A stretch of DNA of 64,000 nt from positions 4,650 through 68,649 of the forward strand of contig CAIYRR010000022.1 of assembly GCA_903928745.1 (NCBI GenBank). Reading direction: 5' to 3'. Shown here piece by piece: positions 18,845 through 28,699 of this stretch (position 1 is the stretch's first letter; each line of letters begins with the position of its first letter). The notes under the pieces are model-generated. The model saw nothing but the letters and a program-made list of their open reading frames with translations. It searched no databases and was not told the origin of the DNA. Made by a program: the position numbers and the translations under genes. This DNA comes from an uncultured Actinomycetes bacterium. GTDB lineage: Bacteria > Actinomycetota > Actinomycetes > Nanopelagicales > Nanopelagicaceae.

Positions 18845-20539
18845 TTACAAACCTAGTGACGCAAGTTTGTGCAGATGTTCGCGTGCAAATTCTTTTGCAT
18901 CCTTCGCGTTTGTTGCACGAAGTGCAGCAGTTGCTGCTTCACGCATTTGCACGTGAGATAAAGATGTAATCGCTTGCGCAACATCTTGGAGCGTGCTCAC
19001 ATTGCACGACAGGCTGGTAACACCTAACCCGATAAGTACGGATGCAAGTGCGGGATCTGATGCTGCTTCACCACACACCCCTACAGGACAGCTGTAGGCG
19101 CTACCTGAGGAGGCAACACGGTGAATCGCATGAAGTAATGCGGGCTGCCAAGGATCATTGAAGTGGGCTAAAGAGGCCGATTCACGGTCGGCTGCGTGTA
19201 AATATTGCCCTAGATCATTAGTTCCGATGGAAATAAAATTACTAGCCTTTGCAATCTCATCAGACATCAAAACCGCAGAAGGAACTTCAACCATGACACC
19301 TGCTGTTTGTAATCCAAAACTATGTGCGAGCGCAACAAAGTGCGCTGCTTCATCCGGCAAAGTGATCATGGGGGCCATCACCCAAATATCAGCGCCAGAA
19401 ACCTTGGCAGCATCGGCAATGGCTTCGAGTTGAATGTTTAGGAGCTCATCATTAATTGTGATTGTTCTATAGCCGCGAACTCCTAATGCAGGATTGGGTT
19501 CATGAGGAAAGGTAATGAATGCCATGGGTTTATCTGCGCCGGCATCGAGAGTGCGGATGACAACTTTCTTGCCAGGAAAGCGCGAAAACATTTGGGTGTA
19601 GAGCTCTCTTTGTTCTGAGAGCGTCGGTGGCGTTTGGCGATCCAGAAAGAGAAGTTCTGTGCGCAATAAACCAACACCATCGGCGCCTGCCTCGATCGCG
19701 ACATCAGTATCAGCCAAGCGTCCGATATTGGCATAGACGGGGATCGTAAAACCATCAATTGTTTGATATCCATCATTTGTGCGCAAAGGTTTGCGAGCGC
19801 GCCTAATCTGAATCGTCGCCGTGAGGGCGGTGAGCTCGGCAGCAAGATCTGGGCTTGGATTAAATGTGACAACGCCTGCTCGCGCATCAACTCCAACGCT
19901 TCCACTTTCGTCGTTCTTTGCCGCTTCAACGACGCCTTTGCAAGCAACGACAGCGGGAATTCCTAACGTCCGCGCAATGATTGCGGTGTGGCTTGTTGGT
20001 CCACCTTCTTCAGTAACGATTGCCAATACTTGACCTGGTTGTAGATCAGTCGTGTCCGCTGGGGAAAGATCTCTAGCAATCAGCACGAAACCGTGATCTA
20101 GCAATGGAATTTCTGGATAACCAACACCAGAGAGCACCCAAATAATGCGATCTCGGATATTTGTTACATCGCTGGCGCGCTCTGCCAAGTACCCACCGGC
20201 TGCAGTAAGTAATTGTTTAAAAACTTCCGCCGCTTCCCAGATGGAGTATGCAGCAGTATGTCCGCGCCCGAGTAAAGACTCTGCTTCAGCAAAGAGCGCA
20301 TTATCTTCGGTTATTTCTTGCGTCGCATACAGAATCTCTTGCGCCTCACCTGTTGCCCTTGCAGCGAGTTCACCGAGTTCATCTGAGACTGCTTTAATCG
20401 CGCGAGAAAGAGCATCGAGTTCAAATTCTGCGCCATATTCGGATTGAATTGAAGATGGTTTAGGAAGTGCCGCCGCCATGACATGGAAGGGACCCAAGGC
20501 TGCGCCCGTGCTTGCAGAAATGCCAGTAAACCTGCTCAT
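18845..20539 (-). CDS. ptsI: phosphoenolpyruvate-protein phosphotransferase (PTS Enzyme I)
   Basis: 564 aa with the GGPTSHTAIIARTLGIPAVV phospho-His region and a C-terminal PEP-utilising domain. Confidence 0.93.
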   Translation of the reverse strand: MSRFTGISASTGAALGPFHVMAAALPKPSSIQSEYGAEFELDALSRAIKAVSDELGELAARATGEAQEILYATQEITEDNALFAEAESLLGRGHTAAYSIWEAAEVFKQLLTAAGGYLAERASDVTNIRDRIIWVLSGVGYPEIPLLDHGFVLIARDLSPADTTDLQPGQVLAIVTEEGGPTSHTAIIARTLGIPAVVACKGVVEAAKNDESGSVGVDARAGVVTFNPSPDLAAELTALTATIQIRRARKPLRTNDGYQTIDGFTIPVYANIGRLADTDVAIEAGADGVGLLRTELLFLDRQTPPTLSEQRELYTQMFSRFPGKKVVIRTLDAGADKPMAFITFPHEPNPALGVRGYRTITINDELLNIQLEAIADAAKVSGADIWVMAPMITLPDEAAHFVALAHSFGLQTAGVMVEVPSAVLMSDEIAKASNFISIGTNDLGQYLHAADRESASLAHFNDPWQPALLHAIHRVASSGSAYSCPVGVCGEAASDPALASVLIGLGVTSLSCNVSTLQDVAQAITSLSHVQMREAATAALRATNAKDAKEFAREHLHKLASLGL

Positions 20540-20565
20540 CCATCTCCCCTAATGTGAAAGGTAAC

Positions 20566-21633
20566 TTACAGGGTGGCTACCAATTGGTCGAGGAAATTCG
20601 CCGCTTCAAGGGAATCGCAATATCGCAAATCAACAGTCAGCGATATCTCTGATTGACCAAATGCGGCGTTAGGTGCCCCAACAGATAACGCTGTTGTATG
20701 GGAAGGCAATAACAAAGGAATAGCTGCTGATATTTTTGTATCCGAAAGATCAAAAATGGATGCGGTGGCTCCACTGAGCATTTCAAGGGGGACTTTCCCC
20801 GCGCGAGATTGCTGACGTGTTGATTTAATCCATTCAACGAGTTGCGCGACCGGCATCAGATCTGGATCTTTAAATACCGGCATGGCTAGCCCATATTTAG
20901 ATTCCATAATTAGTGCGACACCTACGTGAGTGCGCAAATCTTCCGTGATGGTCGAAAGATTTAAATGAGTATTCCTGCGCAAGATTCTTGCCCAAGTTGC
21001 AACCAAGTGTGCGCTGCCTTGATCAAGGGATGCAGTGGTGTGCGATGAAAATCTAGAGAGCGTGATCTGAGGAATCGTGCGTGTCTTCTCAATAGAGGCC
21101 GCAACCATCTTACGATTTGCTGCCTTGCGTGCATCATGCGCACCTGCAACTTGAGGGTTGGAAATATCTTCAAAAGTCACTGTGTTATCTGGGCCAGTAG
21201 GAGTAATAGATGCCAAATCAATTCCGCGCTCACGTGCGATTACACGAGCTTTAGGAACGGCTTTAACGGATTCCAGAGATACAACCGGTGCAACTACAAC
21301 AGGGGCTACTGCAACCGGTGCAGGAACTTCAACAACTGCCTCAACTTCTGGGGCAGGAGTATTGAAATCAAAACTCATTACCTGTGTTGCAGTTTCCAAC
21401 ATCAGCACTGGAGCGCCAACAAGCATCGTGGAACCAATTTGTCCCATGATTGCTTTGACGACACCGTCAGCGGGAGATTCAACTTCCATATCAATCTTGT
21501 CGGTTGCAACGTCAAAGAGAACATCTCCCGATTTAACGGAGTCTCCAACGTTGACACGTACAGCAAGAAGTTCGCCTTCTTCCATGGTCATGCTCATTTT
21601 CGGCATGATTACTGCATAGTCGAAGGCACTCAT
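20566..21633 (-). CDS. E2-like lipoyl/PSBD protein with a degenerate acyltransferase domain
   Basis: 355 aa. Lipoyl domain (DVATDKIDMEVESP), subunit-binding domain (PKARVIARERGIDLASITPTGP) and a 2-oxoacid_dh-like C-terminus. DHRxxDG is replaced by DLRYCDS (Leu336, codon 20626-20628), and T(I)SN is replaced by SIFD. Confidence 0.85.
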   Translation of the reverse strand: MSAFDYAVIMPKMSMTMEEGELLAVRVNVGDSVKSGDVLFDVATDKIDMEVESPADGVVKAIMGQIGSTMLVGAPVLMLETATQVMSFDFNTPAPEVEAVVEVPAPVAVAPVVVAPVVSLESVKAVPKARVIARERGIDLASITPTGPDNTVTFEDISNPQVAGAHDARKAANRKMVAASIEKTRTIPQITLSRFSSHTTASLDQGSAHLVATWARILRRNTHLNLSTITEDLRTHVGVALIMESKYGLAMPVFKDPDLMPVAQLVEWIKSTRQQSRAGKVPLEMLSGATASIFDLSDTKISAAIPLLLPSHTTALSVGAPNAAFGQSEISLTVDLRYCDSLEAANFLDQLVATL

Positions 21634-22628
21634 CGCCAGTTAGCTACCACTTCGCGAGCCTTTTTGATGATGTCATCAACTTGAGGAACAGCTGCCTTCT
21701 CCAATTGAGGTGCATATGGAATCGGAACATTCATTCCTGCTAGTCGAGCAACAGGTGCGATGAGGTGCCCCATCGATTGGCTGGTGACAACCTTTGCAAT
21801 TACTTCGTTAATGAATCCACCGTGTTCTGGGGCTTCTTGAACAACCATGAGGCGACCAGTTTTTTCAAGTGACTCGTAAACGGGATCCATATCTAGTGGA
21901 GAAATTGTTCGAGGATCAATCAATGTAAGAGCGATTCCCTCTTTATCCAATTCCGCTGCAGCTGCAAGAACTCGAGAAACCATAATTCCTGTTGCGACAA
22001 CAGTGAGATCTTTTCCTTCACGGACAACACGTGAGACTCCGAGTGGAATTCTGTATGCGCCTTCTGGGACATCTTCGGTGCCTGCCACCTTGTACAAAAG
22101 TTTATGTTCCATAAAAATAACTGGGTTTGGATCATCGATTGCTGCAAGGAGCAAACCTTTTGCTTCATAAGGCGATGAAGGCATAACAACTTTCAATCCA
22201 GGTACGTTGGCGAACCAACCTTCAAGACTTTGTGAATGCTGTCCTGCTGCTCCCGTGCCAGAACCACTTGCTGCGCGAAGTACCAAGGGAACATGCAGTC
22301 CGCCACCCACCATGAAGTGGATTTTTGCTGCTTGGTTGACGATCTGATCCATGGCTTGTGCCGTGAAATCTGAGAATTGAATTTCAACGATCGGACGCAT
22401 TCCAGAAAGTGCCGCGCCAACAGCCGTTCCAACAATTCCTAATTCAGAAATTGGGGTATCGCGAACTCTCTCTTTACCGAAACGATGATAAAGATCTCCA
22501 GTAACGCCGAAAGCGCCACCGTAGATTCCAATATCCTCTCCGAGGATGAAGACTTCTGGTCGCTCTTCTAGAGCAATCGCCATGGCCTCACGAAGCGCCT
22601 CTGACATAGTTAATTTACGATCGCTCAT
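21630..22628 (-). CDS. 2-oxoacid/acetoin dehydrogenase E1 beta subunit
   Basis: 332 aa with transketolase-like pyrimidine-binding and C-terminal domains. 4-nt overlaps with both neighbours. Confidence 0.92.
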   Translation of the reverse strand: MSDRKLTMSEALREAMAIALEERPEVFILGEDIGIYGGAFGVTGDLYHRFGKERVRDTPISELGIVGTAVGAALSGMRPIVEIQFSDFTAQAMDQIVNQAAKIHFMVGGGLHVPLVLRAASGSGTGAAGQHSQSLEGWFANVPGLKVVMPSSPYEAKGLLLAAIDDPNPVIFMEHKLLYKVAGTEDVPEGAYRIPLGVSRVVREGKDLTVVATGIMVSRVLAAAAELDKEGIALTLIDPRTISPLDMDPVYESLEKTGRLMVVQEAPEHGGFINEVIAKVVTSQSMGHLIAPVARLAGMNVPIPYAPQLEKAAVPQVDDIIKKAREVVANWR

Positions 22629-23626
22629 GCGCTTACCTTCTTAAATACTGAATCCAGCAATCCGGCCGGATCCGCTGGTTTACCCTTCATCGCCTCATTC
22701 ACTGCGCCAATAACTTGCTCTTGCGCCAGGCGATGTTGTTCTGCGATTTCTTCATCATTGAGAAGGCCGCGCTCTTTGATCACATGCTCAAAGTGAAGAA
22801 TCGGATCCTTTGTTTTCCATTCATCAATTTCTTCTTTGGTGCGATAAAGATTCTTGTCAGAACGTGAGTGGCCTTTCCAGCGATAGGTGACGAATTCCAA
22901 CAGTGTTGGACCCTCTCCTGCCTTGGCACGTGCAACGGCAGCCTCTGTCGCCTCATAAACGGCGGCAACGTCATTACCATCGACGGTGACTCCGGGAATT
23001 CCGTATCCGAGTCCACGATCTGAAAGCTTGTCCAACTTGAAAGCAAGTTCAGTAGATGAACTCATTCCGTATCCATTATTTTCACAAATAAAAATCACGG
23101 GCAATTTCCAAACTGCTGCAAGATTTGCTGCCTCATGGAATGCGCCTTCGTTCATAGCGCCATCACCAAAGAATGAAACTGCAACAGTTCCCTTATTCAT
23201 GAGTTGTGAAGAAAGCGCTGCACCCACGGCAATAGGAATTCCTCCGCCAACAATTCCATTTGCACCAAGGTTTCCGGTTTCAACATCTGCAATATGCATA
23301 GATCCGCCGCGTCCGCCGCAATATCCATTTTCTTTTCCGAGCAATTCAGCAACCATGCGCATCAAGTTGGCACCTTTTGCAATGCAGTGACCATGACCGC
23401 GGTGCGTTGATGTAATTTGGTCATTGAGATTGAGCGCCATGCACACGCCAGCTGGTGATGCCTCTTGTCCGATGGACAAGTGCATCGTGCCGTGCATCAT
23501 TCCGCGACCAAATAAATCTTCGACTGCTTCTTCAAATTTTCTAATGCGTGACATTGTTAGTAACGCGTAACTCGCATGTTCTTTACTGGCGAGCGGATGT
23601 CCCATTAAGAGCGGTGGAATTGTCAT
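22625..23626 (-). CDS. TPP-dependent dehydrogenase E1 alpha subunit (AcoA-like)
   Basis: STHRGHGHCIAKG and the GDGAMNEG TPP motif. The start is either the second Met (23626) or 23650. Confidence 0.9.
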   Translation of the reverse strand: MTIPPLLMGHPLASKEHASYALLTMSRIRKFEEAVEDLFGRGMMHGTMHLSIGQEASPAGVCMALNLNDQITSTHRGHGHCIAKGANLMRMVAELLGKENGYCGGRGGSMHIADVETGNLGANGIVGGGIPIAVGAALSSQLMNKGTVAVSFFGDGAMNEGAFHEAANLAAVWKLPVIFICENNGYGMSSSTELAFKLDKLSDRGLGYGIPGVTVDGNDVAAVYEATEAAVARAKAGEGPTLLEFVTYRWKGHSRSDKNLYRTKEEIDEWKTKDPILHFEHVIKERGLLNDEEIAEQHRLAQEQVIGAVNEAMKGKPADPAGLLDSVFKKVSA

Positions 23627-23745
23627 AAACCAACCTTCACATATGTGCAAGTGTTTGAATGGATGTGTCTATTAAACACCATCATCCGAGATATACGCTA
23701 CGCGTCACTTACTTTTTTTTCATCAACTTAGAGATGCGGTTACTT

Positions 23746-24021
23746 ATGAAGGAATTCAGAACGGTTGTTGCATCACCTGTTGGACTGCACGCACGCCCAG
23801 CATCATTGTTTTCACGCTGCGCGAAAGAATCTGGATGCGTCGTCAAACTTGCCAAAGTGAACAATGGTGAGCATTCGGAATTCGTAGACGGTGCGAGCAT
23901 TCTGCGAGTGATGACACTCGGCGTTAAGTGTGGTGACGAAATCATCGTGCAAGTTGAAGGCGAAACCGAGGATGCAACAGCAAGTGCCCTTCAACTCTTA
24001 GCTGAAAGCACCGATCACTAA
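23746..24021 (+). CDS. ptsH: phosphocarrier protein HPr
   Basis: 91 aa from the internal Met of the track ORF. It has the GLHARPA His-15 motif and a Ser-46-like ASILRVMTLG. Confidence 0.88.
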   Translation: MKEFRTVVASPVGLHARPASLFSRCAKESGCVVKLAKVNNGEHSEFVDGASILRVMTLGVKCGDEIIVQVEGETEDATASALQLLAESTDH

Positions 24022-24026
24022 ACCTC

Positions 24027-25616
24027 TTACTCTTTTGTAACTGTGTTGGCAGGCAAAGCAAGAGTTGCAAGCAAACCAATACATATGACCGCCGCTGCAA
24101 TGAGAGTTGTAAATTGAGCTGCAGATGTCATTGCTAACTCCCCTGCATGACGAAGCACTGCGCCTCCGGGAAGTTGATCCAACTGTGGAATAGCAGATCC
24201 TGCAGAGCCTCTAACAATTTTTGCTACCTCAGATTGAGTAGCGGTATCTAGTCCCGGGATACCTGCAAGGTTTTTAATGACCTTGCTACCAAGATTTGTC
24301 ACGAGCAAACTTCCAAGTAAGGCAACTCCAATTGCTGAACCCATCTGCCGGAAAGTGCTTTGTAGACCAGATGCCTGTCCACTTTGTGCCACAGGAACGT
24401 CGGCAAGAATCACACTTGTTAATTGCGCAGTTGCCATTCCAACGCCAAGTCCATAAATAAATAGCCATATAGCAACGAGCCAGCCGGCCATATCGGATTT
24501 AATTGTCATACCTAAGCCAAATATTGCAACAACCTCAAAAGCCAATCCAATTCTTACAACTGCACGTCCACCTATTTTCTGAGTCAGTTGCGGAGTGGCT
24601 CCAGAGATTAGGAAAGTACCAATAGCCAGCGAAAGAATAAGTACTCCCGATCTCAGAGCTGAATAACCCAGAGCTCCTTGAACAAAGAGGGGAAGTGCAA
24701 AGAGCATTCCAAATTCTCCGAGCGAGACTACAAGTGCTGCGATGCTTCCAAATCGGAAGGAACGAATCTTCAAAAGTGAAAGATCAAGTAAGACAGGCTT
24801 ATCTGATGCACTTCGCGAGCGCTCTGTAATAACAAAGATGATCATGGCTACAAGGCCAACAAAGAAAGCGACCGGGACAGGTGATATTGATCCCGTCCAA
24901 GAAAGCCCCAACACAGTGAGAGCCTCTTGGGTTCTCCACCAACCAAAACGGATACCTTCAATTAACCCAAAGACGATGAGACCTAATCCAAAAATCGATA
25001 ACACAACTCCTGCATAATCTGCACCCTTCTTTGCATCTGGGTCTCTTGTCTCGGGTACAAATTTAATAATTCCAAAAATCACGATAAGGGTGATTGGAAT
25101 ATTGATGAGAAATGCCCAACGCCATGTGGAAACCGTTGTCAACCATCCACCAACCACGGGGCCAACAGCGGCCATTCCCCCAATAGTTGATCCCCATATT
25201 GCGAAAGCGATTCCACGTTCTTTTCCAAAGAAAAGTGCATTCACGGTCGACAGCGTTGAAGGCAAAACCATTGCGCCACCGAGTCCTTGAAGAAAACGCG
25301 CGCCAATCAACATGGATCCACTTGTCGCCATACTTGCAAGGACGCTCGCTACACCAAAAACAATGACACCAATCAATAAAAGTCTGCGACGACCCGATAA
25401 GTCTCCCAACCTTCCGACCGTAATGAGTAGCGCTGCAAAAACAAGAGAGTAAATGGAATTTACCCATTCGGCATCAGATGCGCTGAGCGCCAAGTCGCGA
25501 ATCATGGATGGAATAGCCACATTGACCACCGTCGCATCCATAATGATGAGCGAAACGGCCAAAGCAATAAATGGCATAGCTTTCCAACGTAATGGGTGTC
25601 CATCTTGAGTTGTCAT
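24027..25616 (-). CDS. MFS transporter, DHA2 (EmrB/QacA, 14-TMS) family
   Basis: 529 aa, about 14 hydrophobic segments, motif GRLGDLSGRRR. Confidence 0.88.
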   Translation of the reverse strand: MTTQDGHPLRWKAMPFIALAVSLIIMDATVVNVAIPSMIRDLALSASDAEWVNSIYSLVFAALLITVGRLGDLSGRRRLLLIGVIVFGVASVLASMATSGSMLIGARFLQGLGGAMVLPSTLSTVNALFFGKERGIAFAIWGSTIGGMAAVGPVVGGWLTTVSTWRWAFLINIPITLIVIFGIIKFVPETRDPDAKKGADYAGVVLSIFGLGLIVFGLIEGIRFGWWRTQEALTVLGLSWTGSISPVPVAFFVGLVAMIIFVITERSRSASDKPVLLDLSLLKIRSFRFGSIAALVVSLGEFGMLFALPLFVQGALGYSALRSGVLILSLAIGTFLISGATPQLTQKIGGRAVVRIGLAFEVVAIFGLGMTIKSDMAGWLVAIWLFIYGLGVGMATAQLTSVILADVPVAQSGQASGLQSTFRQMGSAIGVALLGSLLVTNLGSKVIKNLAGIPGLDTATQSEVAKIVRGSAGSAIPQLDQLPGGAVLRHAGELAMTSAAQFTTLIAAAVICIGLLATLALPANTVTKE

Positions 25617-25657
25617 GTGGCAATTCTAGGTAGGCAAACTATGAGAAACTGGCCCTC

Positions 25658-27256
25658 ATGATTTCGACACAGAGCCTTGAACTACGCGCCGGAGCGCGCC
25701 TTTTGGTCTCTGGGGTCACTGTAAGAATCAACCACGGTGACCGAATTGGATTTGTTGGTAGAAACGGTGCCGGAAAAAGCACACTTGCCAAGGTTCTAGC
25801 GGGAGAAACCATGCCTGCAGGTGGTCAAGTGCTTCGAAGTGGCGGAATCGGTTACCTTCCACAAGATCCACGAACAGGTGATGAAGCTGGAACAGTCGTT
25901 GAACGAATTCTTTCGGTGCGAGGGCTAGACCTCATTGTTGAGCGAATGCGTCAAGCAGAGCAAGCAATGGCCACTGCTCAAGGCGAAGAGCTCGAAGCGG
26001 TAATGAATCGCTACACCCGCGCAGATAATGAATTCAGCGCAGCTGGTGGTTACAGCGCAACTGCAGAAGCCGAAGCGATTGCAACAAGTTTGGGAATCGC
26101 CGAGCGACTCTTTGATGAACCACTTGATTCGCTCAGTGGTGGACAGCGTCGCCGCGTTGAGTTAGCACGAATTCTTTTTAGTGGCGCCGAGACGCTCTTG
26201 CTTGACGAACCTACAAACCACTTAGATGCGGATTCAGTAATTTGGCTGCGCGATTACCTCACTAAGTATTCTGGTGGCCTTGTCATTATTAGCCACGATG
26301 TTAATTTGATTGAGACTGTTGTCAATAAAGTTTTCTACCTTGATGCCAATCGAAATGTTATTGACGTATACAACATGGGTTGGAAAAAGTATCTTCAACA
26401 GCGCGAAGCCGATGAACACCGCAGAAAGATTGACCGCGCTAACGCCGAAAAGAAAGCTGCCATCCTCGAAAAGCAAGCGGAGAAGTTGCGCGCTAAAGCC
26501 ACTAAAGCCAAAGCCGCCCAAGGAATGTTCCGCCGTGCAGAGCGCCTTTTGTCTGATCTTGAAGATGTTCGCAAGAGTGATCGCGTTGCCAAACTTCGCT
26601 TCCCAACTCCTGCGCCATGCGGCAAGACCCCGCTTACCGCAACAGGTTTAAGTAAGTCTTACGGATCACTCGAAGTCTTCACCGATGTGGATTTAGCAAT
26701 CGATAAGGGATCTCGTGTTGTGATTCTTGGTCTCAATGGAGCAGGCAAGACCACTTTGCTTCGTATGCTCGCCGGAGATCTCGAGCCTGACACTGGCGAA
26801 GTTGTCCCTGGCCATGGTCTAAAAATCGGCTACTACACCCAGGAGCATGAATCCCTCGATTTCAATCGCACCGTCTTGGAAAACATGAAGAGCGCTCATG
26901 CGAACATTCTTGAGCCGGAAGCCAGAAATGTTCTTGGTTCTTTCCTCTTTACCGGCGATGACGTGCATAAACCTGTCAACGTTCTCAGCGGTGGCGAGCG
27001 CACCAGACTTGCACTTGCCGTCTTGGTAGTGAGCGCTGCAAATGTTCTGTTGCTCGATGAGCCAACAAACAACTTAGATCCAGCATCTCGTCATGAAATT
27101 CTTGGCGCCCTTGGTGAATTCCAAGGCTCAGTCATTTTGGTATCTCACGATGAAGGCGCCGTCGCAGCGCTACGTCCCGATCGCGTGCTTTTGCTACCTG
27201 ATGGCGATGAAGATTTATGGAATGAGACCTACCTCGATCTCATCGCAATCGAGTAA
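25658..27256 (+). CDS. ABC-F family ATPase (tandem ABC domains, no TMD)
   Basis: 532 aa. Two Walker A motifs (GRNGAGKST, GLNGAGKTT), two LSGG signatures and a charged inter-domain linker. Confidence 0.9.
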   Translation: MISTQSLELRAGARLLVSGVTVRINHGDRIGFVGRNGAGKSTLAKVLAGETMPAGGQVLRSGGIGYLPQDPRTGDEAGTVVERILSVRGLDLIVERMRQAEQAMATAQGEELEAVMNRYTRADNEFSAAGGYSATAEAEAIATSLGIAERLFDEPLDSLSGGQRRRVELARILFSGAETLLLDEPTNHLDADSVIWLRDYLTKYSGGLVIISHDVNLIETVVNKVFYLDANRNVIDVYNMGWKKYLQQREADEHRRKIDRANAEKKAAILEKQAEKLRAKATKAKAAQGMFRRAERLLSDLEDVRKSDRVAKLRFPTPAPCGKTPLTATGLSKSYGSLEVFTDVDLAIDKGSRVVILGLNGAGKTTLLRMLAGDLEPDTGEVVPGHGLKIGYYTQEHESLDFNRTVLENMKSAHANILEPEARNVLGSFLFTGDDVHKPVNVLSGGERTRLALAVLVVSAANVLLLDEPTNNLDPASRHEILGALGEFQGSVILVSHDEGAVAALRPDRVLLLPDGDEDLWNETYLDLIAIE

Positions 27257-27265
27257 TTTACTTTC

Positions 27266-28699
27266 ATGAAAGATGGCCTACGCGCACATGCGCCGCTGCT
27301 TGATTCTTATCTGACTTACCTCGAGCAAAATAAATTCCCTTTTACAATTCCAGGACACAAACAAAATGCCTCTCATCTTGATGAAGGTTTAGGGCTGGTT
27401 GTTGACTCAGATGTCCCTCTGTACGGTGGTCTTGATGAAATCAAATTGACCAAAGGCGTTCTAGATCAAGCGCAATCATTGGCAGCCAAATTATGGTCTG
27501 CAGATTGGGCACGTTTTTCTACTGGTGGATCAACACATGCAAACCAAGCGCTCGTTCTTGCCCTTGGAAAGCCTGGAGATAAAGTTGCAATAAGCAGAAC
27601 TTCACATCGCTCTCTGCTATCTGCCTTAGTGTTGGCAGGACTTGAACCACTATGGCTCTATCCAGAGATTGATCCCTCCACTGGCGTCCCTATAGGAATT
27701 CCTGTTTCAGAATTACAGCGAGTCCTTGTTCATAATCCAATCGCCCTTTTACTTACAGAGCCTGGATACCTAGGAACTATTTCAGACTTGCCCGCTTTAA
27801 TTACTGTGGCACATGCGAAAAACATTCCAGTCATTATTGATGCCGCATGGGGTGGTCACTTTGGTTTCCACCCTGCGATGCCACAACATGCGCTTCAGCT
27901 TGGAGCTGACGCATTCGTCACCAGCATTCACAAAGCTTTACCTGGATACAGCGCTTCGGCGCTAGCTGTGGCCACCAACGATCGACTCGATCCAGTAAGA
28001 CTCGATCAAACATTTGAAACAACACATACAACTTCCCCTGCTGGTGCACCTTTAGCATCCATTGATGGAGTTCGCGCATTACTTGAAGTCCGTGGCGAAG
28101 AATTAATAGGCACACTTTTGGAAGGTATAGAGAACTTCCGTACCCAGATGGTTTCCGAATTTGGCAGTCAAATTCTCTTGCACTCTTCCGATTTCGCTGC
28201 ACAACGCTTTGATCCTACGAAAATCGTTCTACGTCTTAACACTATTGGCGCCGACGGAATTGTGATCGAGAAAGAACTCATCGCTCTTGGCCTGCCTGTT
28301 GAATTAGCCGATCGAGACACCATTGTTCTCATCGCGACCATTACAGATACAGATGAAAGTTTTTCGGCCCTTCTCGCCTCACTCATTCCTCTACTTCGAA
28401 AGAACAGCGGAGCGCCAAGACCAAGTGCAACATCCCTGAGCTGGAAGGTCGCACCAACTATTGAAATGTCTATGAGGGATGCCTACTTCGCGCAAAGTTG
28501 TGTCGTGGATTCCACTGACGTAGTTGGTCGCATCAGCGCTGATCTGATCGCACCTTATCCCCCAGGCGTCGCGGTCGTCGCACCCGGTGAAGTCATTACA
28601 CAGGAAATCCTAAATGGATTGCTCTCGGCCAAGGCCGATGGCATCCGTATCGCTTATGCCAGCGATCCAACTTTGAAAACTTTTCGAGTGACTTCTTAA
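27266..28699 (+). CDS. Orn/Lys/Arg decarboxylase family PLP enzyme
   Basis: 477 aa with N-terminal FTIPGHKQN and the PLP-Lys region SIHKALPG. Confidence 0.85.
   Translation: MKDGLRAHAPLLDSYLTYLEQNKFPFTIPGHKQNASHLDEGLGLVVDSDVPLYGGLDEIKLTKGVLDQAQSLAAKLWSADWARFSTGGSTHANQALVLALGKPGDKVAISRTSHRSLLSALVLAGLEPLWLYPEIDPSTGVPIGIPVSELQRVLVHNPIALLLTEPGYLGTISDLPALITVAHAKNIPVIIDAAWGGHFGFHPAMPQHALQLGADAFVTSIHKALPGYSASALAVATNDRLDPVRLDQTFETTHTTSPAGAPLASIDGVRALLEVRGEELIGTLLEGIENFRTQMVSEFGSQILLHSSDFAAQRFDPTKIVLRLNTIGADGIVIEKELIALGLPVELADRDTIVLIATITDTDESFSALLASLIPLLRKNSGAPRPSATSLSWKVAPTIEMSMRDAYFAQSCVVDSTDVVGRISADLIAPYPPGVAVVAPGEVITQEILNGLLSAKADGIRIAYASDPTLKTFRVTS

Noticed and set aside
23659-23745. The long N-terminal extension of the HPr ORF (120 aa).
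   Set aside because: HPr is about 85-90 aa. The conserved sequence begins at MKEFRTVV (23746). The extension is AT-rich promoter-like DNA.
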